Below are positions 56,301 through 64,000 of a stretch of DNA of 64,000 nucleotides, piece after piece. Position 1 is the stretch's first letter, and every line of letters starts with the position of its first letter. The DNA is from a virus, in IMG/VR virus record IMGVR_UViG_3300030098_007087, positions 1-64,000 of that record; one strand, 5' to 3'. Below the pieces are notes generated by a model. The model saw nothing but the letters and a program-made list of their open reading frames with translations. It did not search any database and was not told the origin of the DNA. A program made the position numbers and the translations under genes.

Positions 56301-59300
56301 GAACTGTTTTCTTTGGTATTTGATAAAATTGATATACCCACGTTAGGATCAATTGGGTCTAGCTCGCTGATGAAAGACATGCCTTTTGCAAACATGGAGG
56401 CATCATTCGCCCTAGCTTCTTTAGATTCCCCTGACTTTGGTGAACTTAGTCTTGGAAAACTGTTCTCTTCACTTCCATCACCATTACAGGGAAAAATTGA
56501 ATTGGCAGAAGGCTTCTTAAACGGCGATATAGATATCGATGGCTTAGAGGGCTTTTCTGACTCTGTTGTTGACCAACTTTTAGATTATTTTGATATAAAT
56601 TTACAAATACCATCAAATGAAAAACAACAGCCGGCGAATGACACCAAATACACAACAATGCCTGTTGAAGATGCTAAGTGCCTTAGTGAAAAAAATCCAC
56701 AACAATTCCCGGCAGAAAAAAACACTTTGACAAAGGATAGCTCAAAAAGATTAGACCTAATAAAAATTATAGCATCAGGCGAAGAACTGCTTGGGGCAGT
56801 AAAAGAAGCGGTGCCTGAAATATTTGATGCAGTTAGCGCAATAGGCTCTGCCGATAGTATTGACATGCCAACCCCCGGAGGTTTATCTCTAACAATTCCA
56901 GCAGTAAAAATGCCAAAACCGCCAACGTTATCATTGCCTAGTTTAAAGATAGACGACACGATGCCCGGAATAACACAGGATTTGACGTCATCGTTAGAAG
57001 AGATATTAGCAACTGTTTTTATTGAACTAACTTCAGGGCTTTTGGAATCAGTTTATGATTCTATTTTTTCTACCTCGTTAGATGTCGGTCAAAATGGAAC
57101 TGATGGTCCCTCAATAGATTTTGGCGGTCAAGATATAAATGACATTATACAAGACGGAGTTACTGATTTATTTTCTTCTGTTGGAATTCCACTTCCAATA
57201 ATAAAAGAAAACCCACCAAAAGAAGTGGTAACAAAAGTATCAGAAGTTATTACTCCCTTAGAGGCATTCGATTTATTAGAGGGCAGAGCTAGAAAAGAAA
57301 CAATTGATGCAGTCGAGCAAAAAATAAATGAAATTAATCCCAAAATGCTTCAGGCGATAAACACTAATTCATCCACTAGTGATCTCTTTCGAGGAATGGG
57401 AAAGCTAGCAGACCCAAGCACGTTGGAAACCGCAAGAGCCGCTTTGACACAAATACTGCCAAATGTTACTGGTTTATTATGTGAGGACGAAAAAGAAACA
57501 TTTATAGGCAGAGAAGGAATTACATCATCTCGTTCAGCAAGGGAAACAGTGTTGGCAGAGAAGCTAGATGACGAATGTATCAATACACAACTAAATGATC
57601 AAGAAAGAATTAATAAAGAAAAATTAGCTGAATTATTGAGTTACGCTCAGGGAGCGAATATTTTAGATGGAAAAATACCAAATCCCATAGACAATTGTGG
57701 AATTGCTGCCAAATCTGATCCGAGCGGCGGGTCTATTCCAACAAGCGGAATTATAAACAAAAACCATGAAACGGTAGACTATCTCAATAAAAAAATAGTC
57801 AAAGCTATATTTGACCCAATTAAGATGAATTTTTCCGAAGAAGCAAATTCAATTATGAGCATATATTCGGAGCAAGAATTTAGAAATCCATTTGAGGGTG
57901 AAGAACAATATGAACTAATAAAGCAGCAATTGGACATTAACAGTTTTGAAGGTGATTTTGCCAAGGGGCTTTTAGGAGAACTGGATAGCAACCTCCAGTC
58001 GCAATTTGATCAGATTGCCGCACCACTAAGAAGATTAGATATTCAAGTTGCTCCAAAAATAAAAAAGCTTTTGAGTAGTAGGACAGCACTCACATATGAA
58101 CAGGAATCGCTTTCACCGGCGCTTCAAAATAAAGGGTTAAAGATCGTTCCAAGCGCCACAGGGTCCGTAAAATCAGAAAATTTTGAAGCTCTAGAAACTG
58201 CACAGAGAGAGTTAAGCTCTCTAAAGCAAACAGCACAGACTTTGAAAAACAAGATAAATTTCATAGAGAGTAACCCGTCATCTCCGTTTTCAATTGATTT
58301 TGATAATATCAAAAAAGAGTTCGACGAGTTGTCAGGAGTCGGAGGACTAATAACCATCGCAGAAAACAATGTGAAAGTGGCAAATGAAGCCTTTGATGAC
58401 ATTGCAGAAACAGTTGCTGCTGGAGCCCTCCCCGGAGCAACTCCCCAACCACAAGAATACCCTTTTTATTACTTTTCTAAAAAATATCCTGAAAATTTGA
58501 GTAGTGAAAATTTCACACTTAGTGACACTTGGACATTTGTTGTACCACAATCAACCGCTAGAGGACTCATAAATATAGACACTCGGACAACAAACACCGA
58601 TCCAAATTTCTCAATGTTATCGGACATATCAACTAAAGATACAGCGCAGTTGAGCAAAATAGCCGCCAACTCCCTCCTAGATGTGCAAGAAATCCCAATG
58701 GGAATTCAAAAGGAACAGTGTGAAGATGATCCATCTGAGCCAACATTCTCTATAATGCCCGTAGGGACTCTTCCCCCTGTAACTGGAAGAGATACAGGTG
58801 AAGACACTTCGGAGCCAACATTTTCCACTATGCCCGTAGGACAAGGCGCTTCGGAGCCAACATTTTCTACGATGCCTGTAGGAGGTAATAATAGCTCGTT
58901 CAATCCACAAGGGGATGCTCTTGGCGGCGCACTAGATGTTATAGGCACTATAGGCGGTAATAATGTTATTATACAGGGCAGTTCAGATATTGATCCTGCT
59001 ATAAGCGAAATGGTAGAAAATTTTGTTTTCTTTCCTAACTTCACTGAGAGAGATCAAGTTTTCGCAAACCTGTTCAAAGAAAAATGGGAGTCTGTAAATT
59101 CAAACATGAACGTAGATTATGATTCTGTCGCCGGACAAAAGTTTTTTACTTTCTTTAGAAATAAAAGACCACTATATTTTTCAGCTTTAGTAAACATGCT
59201 TGGTGCACAAATAACTCAATCAAAACTTTTTGATATAAACAACTTTGCAAATCTAGAGTTTGGAGAAAGCATGCAACTGAAAAAAGATTTGTGTGATAAT

Positions 59301-61439
59301 TTATTAGTGCTTGAAGACCTCAAAGATTCAGCTAATAAACAATACGACAATACATGCGATGACAATCAATCCTCTTCAAAGCCGGGGGCAATAGAAGAGG
59401 CAAATATAGCGAACCTAATCAAAGCTTCTATCAGAACAATTATAATTCAGCTAGTATCAAAATCAATTTTCTTATTTAGTCAGTATAGCTTTGAAAAATG
59501 CCTCAAAGATTCAGCATTAATTCAATTTGTTGTAGAGTTCGTAATTCACGATTTGCAAAAACAAGGCGAAGAGTATTATGTTGAAACAATGAAATATAAT
59601 GAAGAGTATCTTGTAAAAAGAAGAGAAAAGGGGGAAACACTTGTGGATCCTTTTTCAGATTCTAGTGACACAGACCCTATGTTAGAAGGGCAGGCGATTG
59701 CACCAATAACTTATTTACAATATACAATAAAAGAGGAGTTGAAAAAGCTAGCACCGCTAATAGATAAAAAAATAAACCCACCAACGGACGAGTTGGAAGA
59801 TATATTTTTGAATAACGTTGTACCCAATATTGATGTTGCTTACCACAAAGACCAAAATAGGTTTCAAACAATTGTGCCACTTGAAGTTAATGAAGAGGGA
59901 GAAGAGTCAATAACAACTAAAGCAGAGGCTCGAAAACAATTTAGCTTCTTAGACCCTAAAGATCCACTCTTTAATAATTCTGGGGGCTTTGTCCTAGAGA
60001 GATACATTAGGATTGAAGATTCTGATTTAGTTCTAGAGAATAACGACTTTTTGAATGAAAAAGAAAAAGCTTTTGGAGAATTATGGTTCAACAGAGAGGG
60101 AGGGAGGGACAATAAAGAAATAGATGCTACAATATCTGAATCAATAGTGTTTGGTGAAGAACCGCCAACGCCTGAAAGCTTCTCCTATACTTCAGGAGCA
60201 GTGAATAAAACTGCACTGATACAAAAAATAAGCAGCATTATGGAACAGACAGGGTTGGAAGTTGATGATGTGAATTTTGCTAAATTTGTAAAAAATTTCA
60301 AATTCGGCATAAGACTTGTTTATATCCCACCCGCCAGCGGAGACAAATACCAAGCAGGAACTGAAGCTGCCACAGGATGGTTTGATGTTGCTAAAAAAAG
60401 CAATTCGGAAAAGACTCTACTTTTTGATGATGCGGCACTAGAAGATTTAAAAGCACAGGCAGCAGATACTTTGTCTGATATAGAGCAAATAACAGATTTT
60501 GAAACTGTCTATAATGAATCTATCTCAACGCCGGCTTTTCCCGAAATAAAAGAAGAAGTTGTAGATGCTGTGGCGAGAAGAGAAAAACTGTATAAAATAA
60601 ATGAAACTGTAGGCAGCATTGAACCCGACGAACAAAATGAGGGAGTAGCTACAATAATTGGAAACTCAGTCGATTTATATCCTGTTGCGCTAATAGAGAT
60701 AGAGGAAGACATGGGATTCTTTGAAGCAGTTTCAGGAAACAGCAATCAAGCACCGCTAGCTCCTTTGCTTCTCGGTCTTGAATCGCAGTTTATTGATAAC
60801 ATTATCTTTACTGCGTTGAAAAAAAAGCTTGTAAAATCAAAAAAGTTCAAGCTTTTATTTGATTATGACATTCCCTTAAAAAGAGTTATGACACTTTTGT
60901 TTACTCACAACGTTATAGGGGCTGCAAAAAATTACCCAGAACTTTCAAAGTCATATGATCAGACAAAAGAGTTGATTAGAGCAAACTTCTTCAATATGAT
61001 TCCCGGTGACCCATGGTGGTCAAAGCAGGACAAAGAAATTGAAGAAGCAGGTGGCAACGCTGGCTTGATGGCAGATGCAAATAATTCAATGACATCAACT
61101 GGTCCAAGCGGAAGCGCAATAGCAGCCAAAATTGCATTCAAAGCAGCACTAATATTAGTAAAAGCATATGCAGAAAAAACAGATCCTCATTATGGTCTGA
61201 TGAAAAAGTTAGATGATTTTGGTCTTACAATTGATGGAATGACATGGAAGTCTGTACCAGCTTTGTATCCTGTCAACTTTCCACCCCTCTTTGGTCTCCC
61301 CGGCTGGGGTCCCCCAATGACACCAACTGGCATGTTAGCATATAGCTTACCACTATTGCCCGGAGAGATCAAAAAGAAAAAGAAAAAACAAAAAGAAGAA
61401 GGCAAAAGCACTGATGATTCAAGTTGTAAAGATGAATAA
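53376..61439 (+). CDS. very large (2687 aa) probable virion/baseplate-associated protein
   Basis: Single long ORF with GAGG RBS between spike and gp25-like genes; C-terminal WGPP.TP.G. Confidence 0.75.
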   Translation: MATNFDDQNPTSKIYKSSGGYIPGIPDSTWYGVPKELFEKVVTVTTNETAVYTSFIDPDGTQYNGNHALQNKGTAEPPPTITTAVLGPDGEPMYTEKKLVSLDEAGTGFVVNQDIEPIFTCKSRGWGELYAGYGGSPDLYGTTTEQLAEAGLADISAEVNPTTTAAKRALVNASMAMYASEEFYVYMLSKGYVYKDVPSYATEPPINWVESVRQEIEEEFDVPSAIIDNVEQLVIVDKPITDGFGNPDTVPEGETIIRDVLLPEKHPAYGTKYDPSSQSALATQEGYYEKLEQGVLQSVGGFQPQDFPSQKAPWAQTWKAVWTEDISIGVNQEEFNNDNSSANLEAPVYAGEIKIHAEQFIVNFLEPKGLVEHHNGKALIAYNEFINTLPKFNPETGETITNAPPLLIIPGSAKSKPLQNFVDMEGEPEVDIFAFAKLDQIAKNLQTNIAEFEPDKKEPFEIGQIFPGSTHYANNLAIDKVLNGDFDERQFYASFLQQNKIKILKKPIESSNSEDVATVLEIGETVKVFEEYIARGKGKYHRVQITNPASKYYQSKTPLFVRACNLSKLANQPPSLKRVYKEYQSAEKPVNWTKMDDETIFFDNYHKAYSIVVEPIDPTTGQKITSLGNKDCPIKVQDLEPIAVRHGLEAMLKCHNKAPLFENDEDLTKTLDFITSGVFQTAYSKSKTVFTNQPNWYLGTRPESKLRMIVRMPAKYFDALLENSVLTNQIFAPKAITLLTCNLEHKIAKAIEVMRVHKQQIDRFSGTIEFLNLDKEIQRLKKFPLTLEKFIEENNVKYNRAAEDEIEIGIVPNNYSVLYVEYSTAGMPIRMRKCFNKFVKSDPIRFSRTIAYISFLDEIIELGKPNTSQSNGWITLAEQYTYPTPIIKSAAPVSVGEIISKKTPDELAAKLDLLDVLTSVGKFSQDKEISIPELKLRFASMRLKQRDFIGDPFVGSIPDLLDLIGDLPRNKTGLLELFSLVFDKIDIPTLGSIGSSSLMKDMPFANMEASFALASLDSPDFGELSLGKLFSSLPSPLQGKIELAEGFLNGDIDIDGLEGFSDSVVDQLLDYFDINLQIPSNEKQQPANDTKYTTMPVEDAKCLSEKNPQQFPAEKNTLTKDSSKRLDLIKIIASGEELLGAVKEAVPEIFDAVSAIGSADSIDMPTPGGLSLTIPAVKMPKPPTLSLPSLKIDDTMPGITQDLTSSLEEILATVFIELTSGLLESVYDSIFSTSLDVGQNGTDGPSIDFGGQDINDIIQDGVTDLFSSVGIPLPIIKENPPKEVVTKVSEVITPLEAFDLLEGRARKETIDAVEQKINEINPKMLQAINTNSSTSDLFRGMGKLADPSTLETARAALTQILPNVTGLLCEDEKETFIGREGITSSRSARETVLAEKLDDECINTQLNDQERINKEKLAELLSYAQGANILDGKIPNPIDNCGIAAKSDPSGGSIPTSGIINKNHETVDYLNKKIVKAIFDPIKMNFSEEANSIMSIYSEQEFRNPFEGEEQYELIKQQLDINSFEGDFAKGLLGELDSNLQSQFDQIAAPLRRLDIQVAPKIKKLLSSRTALTYEQESLSPALQNKGLKIVPSATGSVKSENFEALETAQRELSSLKQTAQTLKNKINFIESNPSSPFSIDFDNIKKEFDELSGVGGLITIAENNVKVANEAFDDIAETVAAGALPGATPQPQEYPFYYFSKKYPENLSSENFTLSDTWTFVVPQSTARGLINIDTRTTNTDPNFSMLSDISTKDTAQLSKIAANSLLDVQEIPMGIQKEQCEDDPSEPTFSIMPVGTLPPVTGRDTGEDTSEPTFSTMPVGQGASEPTFSTMPVGGNNSSFNPQGDALGGALDVIGTIGGNNVIIQGSSDIDPAISEMVENFVFFPNFTERDQVFANLFKEKWESVNSNMNVDYDSVAGQKFFTFFRNKRPLYFSALVNMLGAQITQSKLFDINNFANLEFGESMQLKKDLCDNLLVLEDLKDSANKQYDNTCDDNQSSSKPGAIEEANIANLIKASIRTIIIQLVSKSIFLFSQYSFEKCLKDSALIQFVVEFVIHDLQKQGEEYYVETMKYNEEYLVKRREKGETLVDPFSDSSDTDPMLEGQAIAPITYLQYTIKEELKKLAPLIDKKINPPTDELEDIFLNNVVPNIDVAYHKDQNRFQTIVPLEVNEEGEESITTKAEARKQFSFLDPKDPLFNNSGGFVLERYIRIEDSDLVLENNDFLNEKEKAFGELWFNREGGRDNKEIDATISESIVFGEEPPTPESFSYTSGAVNKTALIQKISSIMEQTGLEVDDVNFAKFVKNFKFGIRLVYIPPASGDKYQAGTEAATGWFDVAKKSNSEKTLLFDDAALEDLKAQAADTLSDIEQITDFETVYNESISTPAFPEIKEEVVDAVARREKLYKINETVGSIEPDEQNEGVATIIGNSVDLYPVALIEIEEDMGFFEAVSGNSNQAPLAPLLLGLESQFIDNIIFTALKKKLVKSKKFKLLFDYDIPLKRVMTLLFTHNVIGAAKNYPELSKSYDQTKELIRANFFNMIPGDPWWSKQDKEIEEAGGNAGLMADANNSMTSTGPSGSAIAAKIAFKAALILVKAYAEKTDPHYGLMKKLDDFGLTIDGMTWKSVPALYPVNFPPLFGLPGWGPPMTPTGMLAYSLPLLPGEIKKKKKKQKEEGKSTDDSSCKDE
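58734..58883 (+). repeat. three in-frame copies of SEPTFS[IT]MPVG
   Basis: Near-identical 33-nt units at about 58734, 58809 and 58851. Confidence 0.85.
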
Positions 61440-61475
61440 TCAAACTAAATAATATTTATAATCGAGGAAAATAAA

Positions 61476-61883
61476 ATGGCTCGCGGACTAACCCCTAAAT
61501 TACCAATTGCTTTAGATGAAGTTGATGGCATAAAATTAATCAAAAACTTTCCGGATTTGGTCGAACAAAATTTGAAAAACTTAATTTTGACAATGCCCGG
61601 AGAAAGAATCATGGATCCACTTTTCGGAGTTGGTCTGCCAAGTTTCTTATTTCAGCCGAACAACGCTACAACATTCGCTGAGATAAGGGCTAAAGTGATA
61701 CAGCAAGTTAATAAATACATGCCTTTTGTTCGCATAGATGGCATAGAATTTTCAACCGAGTCAACTGAAGAACCAGATGGGTTCCTTGCAGTTCCCGGCA
61801 CCAATTCAGATCCCAATTTTGTTGGCATGAAAATAACTTATACCATAGTGCCACTAAAAGCTACAAGGAATCTAAAATTATAA
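61476..61883 (+). CDS. baseplate wedge subunit, gp25-like
   Basis: QNLKNLILT.PGERIMDP.FGVGL...YMPFV. Confidence 0.92.
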   Translation: MARGLTPKLPIALDEVDGIKLIKNFPDLVEQNLKNLILTMPGERIMDPLFGVGLPSFLFQPNNATTFAEIRAKVIQQVNKYMPFVRIDGIEFSTESTEEPDGFLAVPGTNSDPNFVGMKITYTIVPLKATRNLKL

Positions 61884-61918
61884 AAATACACCTATTTATT
61901 TGAAGAGGGCACTCCAAC

Positions 61919-63727
61919 ATGGCAAAAAAGAGAGACAATCGATTAGTACCGATTAAATACACTAGCAGAGAATTTGATACAATCAAAAATGATTTAGTCG
62001 AATATGCAAAAAGATATTATCCAGAAAGTTTTCAAGATTTCAATGAAGCTGGCGTAGGTGCTATGTTACTCGATACAGTAGCTTATATTGGCGACATTCT
62101 GTCTTTTTATACCGACTTTCAGGCAAATGAATCATTTTTACCAACAGCGCTGGAATACGACAACATAATAAAGCTAGGAAAACAGATGGGTTATAGATTT
62201 AGAGGCAACCCAACATCTTCAGGAGTTGCAGCTTTCTTTGTAATAGTACCAGTTGCTCCAACAGGAATTGGACCAGACACTAGGTACATGCCAATTCTCA
62301 GAAAGGGTAGTGAATTCAGAACAGTGCAGAATGTTGGGTTTATTTTAGATGAGGATGTTAATTTTGGAGACTCTAATAATCAAGTCATCGTAGCACAGGT
62401 GGACGACACGACAGGGAGTCCAACTTCTTACGCGGTAAAAGCTTATGGCAATGTTGTTTCTGGCGAGCTAAGTAGAGATATTGTAAATGTCCCCGGTTAT
62501 CAAAAGTTCCTAAGAATCGAATTATCATCTGACAGGGTGACAGAAATTATATCAGTCATTGATCAAGAAGGTCACACGTATTACGAAGTCGATAATTTAT
62601 CACAAAATGTTATATACAAGCCAGTAACAAATAGAAATTCTGATACCGATAAAGTTGGTGCACTAATGAGACCATTTGTGGTTCCTAGAAGGTTTGTAGT
62701 TGAGCAAGATAGTAGAAACAGCACATTTTTGCAATTTGGCTTTGGATCTGAAACAGAACTAAAAACAGAATCTGTGCTTGATCCAAGAACTGTAACATTA
62801 CAAAGAAATGGAAAAAATTATGTCACTGATCCCTCTTTTGACCCCGGAAAGCTAACCGAATCTGATAAGTTGGGAATTTCACCAGCGAACACAAGACTGA
62901 CAATAATCTATAGAACTAATACTAGAAATAATGTAAATGTAGCAACAGGAAGATTGACAAAACCTTCCAGAGCTATTTTAGATTTTGATAATATAATCGA
63001 ACTGAATCAAGACACAATTAGGACAGTTAGGCAATCTATTGAGGTGAATAATGAATCTCCAATAATAGGAGATGTAAGCTCGCCGTCTTCTGAAGAGTTG
63101 AAGAGGAGGATATATGACCACTATGCTTCTCAAAATAGAGCAGTCACTAAATTAGACTACATTTCAACAATCTATTCAATGCCTCCACAATTTGGCGCAA
63201 TAAAAAGAGCCATGGTCGTAAGAGATGACGATTCTTTCAAGAGAAATTTGAACATATATGTTATCGCCGAAGGCTCAGGGGGCAAATTAGCTCAGGCTAG
63301 CACAAACTTGAAAAGAAATGTAAAAACATGGCTTAACAAGAATAGGATGATAAATGATACAATAGATATTCTGAATGCTAGAATTTTAAATATTAGCATT
63401 GATTTTGCAATAGTAGCAGATCAGGAAACAAATAAATTCGACATACTTGCTAGTTGCATAACAAAACTTAGAGAAAGATTTGCTGTATTACCTGATATTG
63501 GCGAGGCTTTTTATATTACAGACATATACAAGACAATTAACGATGTGGATGGTGTTGTTGATACAAAAAGAGTAACAGTGAAACAGAAAAGCGGAACTGG
63601 TTATGCTGATCTAAGTTATAACATACATGAAAATATGTCTGCTGATGGACGCTACTTTGTAGTGCCTGAAGATGTAATTGTAGAAATAAAATTTCCCCTA
63701 GAGGATATAAAAGGAGTCATTTTATAA
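61919..63727 (+). CDS. baseplate wedge subunit, gp6-like
   Basis: YTSREFDTIK..L, DFNEA, AYIGDILSFY.D, LQFG.G, QNRAVT..DY. Confidence 0.92.
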   Translation: MAKKRDNRLVPIKYTSREFDTIKNDLVEYAKRYYPESFQDFNEAGVGAMLLDTVAYIGDILSFYTDFQANESFLPTALEYDNIIKLGKQMGYRFRGNPTSSGVAAFFVIVPVAPTGIGPDTRYMPILRKGSEFRTVQNVGFILDEDVNFGDSNNQVIVAQVDDTTGSPTSYAVKAYGNVVSGELSRDIVNVPGYQKFLRIELSSDRVTEIISVIDQEGHTYYEVDNLSQNVIYKPVTNRNSDTDKVGALMRPFVVPRRFVVEQDSRNSTFLQFGFGSETELKTESVLDPRTVTLQRNGKNYVTDPSFDPGKLTESDKLGISPANTRLTIIYRTNTRNNVNVATGRLTKPSRAILDFDNIIELNQDTIRTVRQSIEVNNESPIIGDVSSPSSEELKRRIYDHYASQNRAVTKLDYISTIYSMPPQFGAIKRAMVVRDDDSFKRNLNIYVIAEGSGGKLAQASTNLKRNVKTWLNKNRMINDTIDILNARILNISIDFAIVADQETNKFDILASCITKLRERFAVLPDIGEAFYITDIYKTINDVDGVVDTKRVTVKQKSGTGYADLSYNIHENMSADGRYFVVPEDVIVEIKFPLEDIKGVIL

Positions 63728-63728
63728 A

Positions 63729-64000
63729 ATGCCAATACACAGATTTACAGCCAGTTTAGACAACACAATAACCAACGCACTCAAGCTCGGCTTACAGACC
63801 AGAGCTACTGGCTCCAACCAAGGGGCAGCGGATTCATTGCAAGTATTTTCTATTTACGGGCAGGCTAGTGGATCTGATGTTGGGAACAGGACTGTGGAGA
63901 AGTCAAGAATCCTAATACAATTTCCGGTGGACGAAATTAGTGCCGCAAGAGACAACGGCACTATCCCTGCCTCTGGAAGTGTAAACTTTTTTCTTAGAAT
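63729..64000 (+). CDS. structural protein, truncated by window end (not in ORF track)
   Basis: MPIHRFTASLDNTI...KSRILIQF...; open to the end of the window, directly after the gp6-like gene. Confidence 0.75.
   Translation, partial: MPIHRFTASLDNTITNALKLGLQTRATGSNQGAADSLQVFSIYGQASGSDVGNRTVEKSRILIQFPVDEISAARDNGTIPASGSVNFFLR

Noticed and set aside
49793-63727. Type VI secretion or extracellular contractile injection system
   Set aside because: Wedge proteins are of the large-myovirus gp25/gp6 type, and no membrane complex or Afp ATPase is present

Overview
AT-rich, almost entirely plus-strand segment of a large tailed phage genome with a contractile tail (myovirus-type baseplate genes similar to gp25, gp6 and gp5, a gp55-like late sigma factor, a tail fibre with an S74 chaperone, and four tRNAs). 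From left to right: (1) a ~0.9 kb non-coding region with three sigma54-like boxes and an IHF site; (2) putative virion-internal proteins sharing an amphipathic L-[KR]-x-x-[IV]-x-E helix; (3) several lipoproteins, including a myxobacterial-type Cys-repeat/VWA protein, a polyacidic one, and one carrying an FrpC-type Asp-Pro self-processing module; (4) purA, cysK, a tubulin/FtsZ-family GTPase, clpP, phoH, a DNA methyltransferase and a Cas4-like nuclease; (5) a ~17 kb glycan biosynthesis cluster with ulosonic-acid features; (6) the baseplate module. The best novelty candidates are the phage lipoprotein with a self-cleaving, covalently cross-linking module, and a possible virion O-glycosylation system pairing the glycan cluster with [ST]-[GA]-S motifs enriched in some structural proteins. 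Other candidates are a structured RNA at 13844-13968 and a two-class promoter system with apparently leaderless late genes. All family calls come from motif recognition by eye; no database searches or folding calculations were run.
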